A stretch of DNA of 63,992 nucleotides, counting the filler, from Intoshia linei (taxonomy: Eukaryota > Animalia > Orthonectida): assembly GCA_001642005.1 (NCBI GenBank). It is 3 parts of 3 records of this genome, joined end to end, with 100 filler letters (N's around TTAATTAATTAA, not from the genome) between each part and the next. Parts side by side here need not be neighbours in the genome. Positions count along the whole stretch, not along the records: positions 46,043 to 63,992 come from LWCA01000791.1; 2 more parts are not named here. One strand, 5' to 3'. Of the stretch, positions 63,264-63,992 are shown in pieces (position 1 is the stretch's first letter; the number at the start of each line of letters is the position of its first letter). Below the pieces are notes generated by a model. The model saw only the letters and a list, made by a program, of their open reading frames with translations. It was not told where the DNA came from and ran no database searches. The translations under genes and the position numbers were made by a program.

Positions 63264-63992
63264 TTACTTAAAAATTGTTATATATATGACCAAATAAAAT
63301 AAAAAAGGTAAGATTAATAAGGAATATTCGGAAATTTTGTTTAAAAGCTGACGACATGTCTCCAATGTTGCATCCATGTATATTACAACAAGTCACACAC
63401 ATCTAAAATAATTGAATGGATATACTATTTTTTTTAAGATTTTAAAATATAAATATTAATTTTATATTATGCACCGTTTTGTAATATATAAAACTTAGTA
63501 TAGAATTTAATGAAAGTGTTAACTTCTCTTTCAGCCATATTTATGCACAAACGACCATTATGATTGATAGGTGTACACAACTCTTCTTTACAGCTTCTAA
63601 AAGTAGCAACTGACACATTTGTGTAAAAAGACAAGGTTGTTTTCTAAAATTAGAATAAATAACATGATTTTAAGAATATCTAAAAATCAGTCCTTTACAT
63701 ACAAATCTAGTCAAACATCAAATTAACATTTTAGACATAATAATTAAAAAAATATTATATTGAGGGAAATACATCAAATAACAACAGTATATCAATTTTT
63801 TTAAAATATAACATTTGACAATTGGATAATTTTTCATTAGACTATTGATTGTTCGCAGTTAATGGATATCAAAATACATATTCATTATTAATTCTAAATT
63901 TACATAAAAATCTCCATGATATTTCGTTTTTTGAAAAATATTAATATTATCTGAACAATCATCGGTGTAGCCATCACAAGTATAGCACTCTT
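63264..63992 (-). CDS. Ly6/uPAR (three-finger LU domain) protein with a probable GPI-anchor signal; 5' end outside the window
   Basis: KECYTCDGYTDDC at the right edge; exon ...TFRSCKEELC...LC; last exon MCVTCCNIHGCN...SSA plus hydrophobic tail LLILPFLFYLVIYITIFK* (CCxxxxCN motif). A middle exon is unresolved. Confidence 0.8.

Noticed and set aside
1-63992. CRISPR arrays, prokaryotic operons or defence systems, tRNA/rRNA genes
   Set aside because: The sequence is intron-containing animal DNA. No regularly spaced repeats or RNA-gene signatures were seen by eye; a tRNAscan/Infernal run would be needed to exclude them fully.

Overview
Very AT-rich eukaryotic (animal) genomic DNA with GT-AG spliceosomal introns. 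Intron sizes are bimodal: many are only ~29-45 nt, and others of 0.3-6.5 kb are filled with transposons. Base composition, micro-introns and highly diverged orthologues suggest a reduced parasitic invertebrate such as an orthonectid; this is inference and is not verified. Genes I could reconstruct by hand, several of them invisible in the ORF track: an SNX9/18/33-type sorting nexin (-, runs off the left edge), RXR (+), XPR1 (-), a TEX49/SPMIP11-like gene (-), a two-exon globin (-), a secreted basic orphan (+), a FMRFamide-receptor-like GPCR (+), KEOPS subunit Pcc1/LAGE3 (-), an LDHD fragment (+), an intronless WDR70 (-), a Cys-rich repeat protein (-), a type I membrane ApeC (apextrin) protein (+), an LCAT/PLA2G15-like lipase (+) and a Ly6/uPAR protein (-, runs off the right edge). 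Mobile DNA: an abundant non-autonomous Helitron family, Chapaev-type, pogo/Tigger, hAT, Tc1-like, MULE and Gypsy remnants, and several MITEs, often nested. No CRISPR array, rRNA or tRNA was seen. Highlights: a membrane-anchored ApeC receptor with a cytoplasmic PPxY motif inside a run of surface/secreted genes; a 21-nt antisense CDS overlap between the GPCR and Pcc1; a globin with Met at E7; and an RXR whose first zinc-finger exon cannot be found. All homology calls come from remembered family motifs, not database searches, and exon boundaries were inferred by hand.
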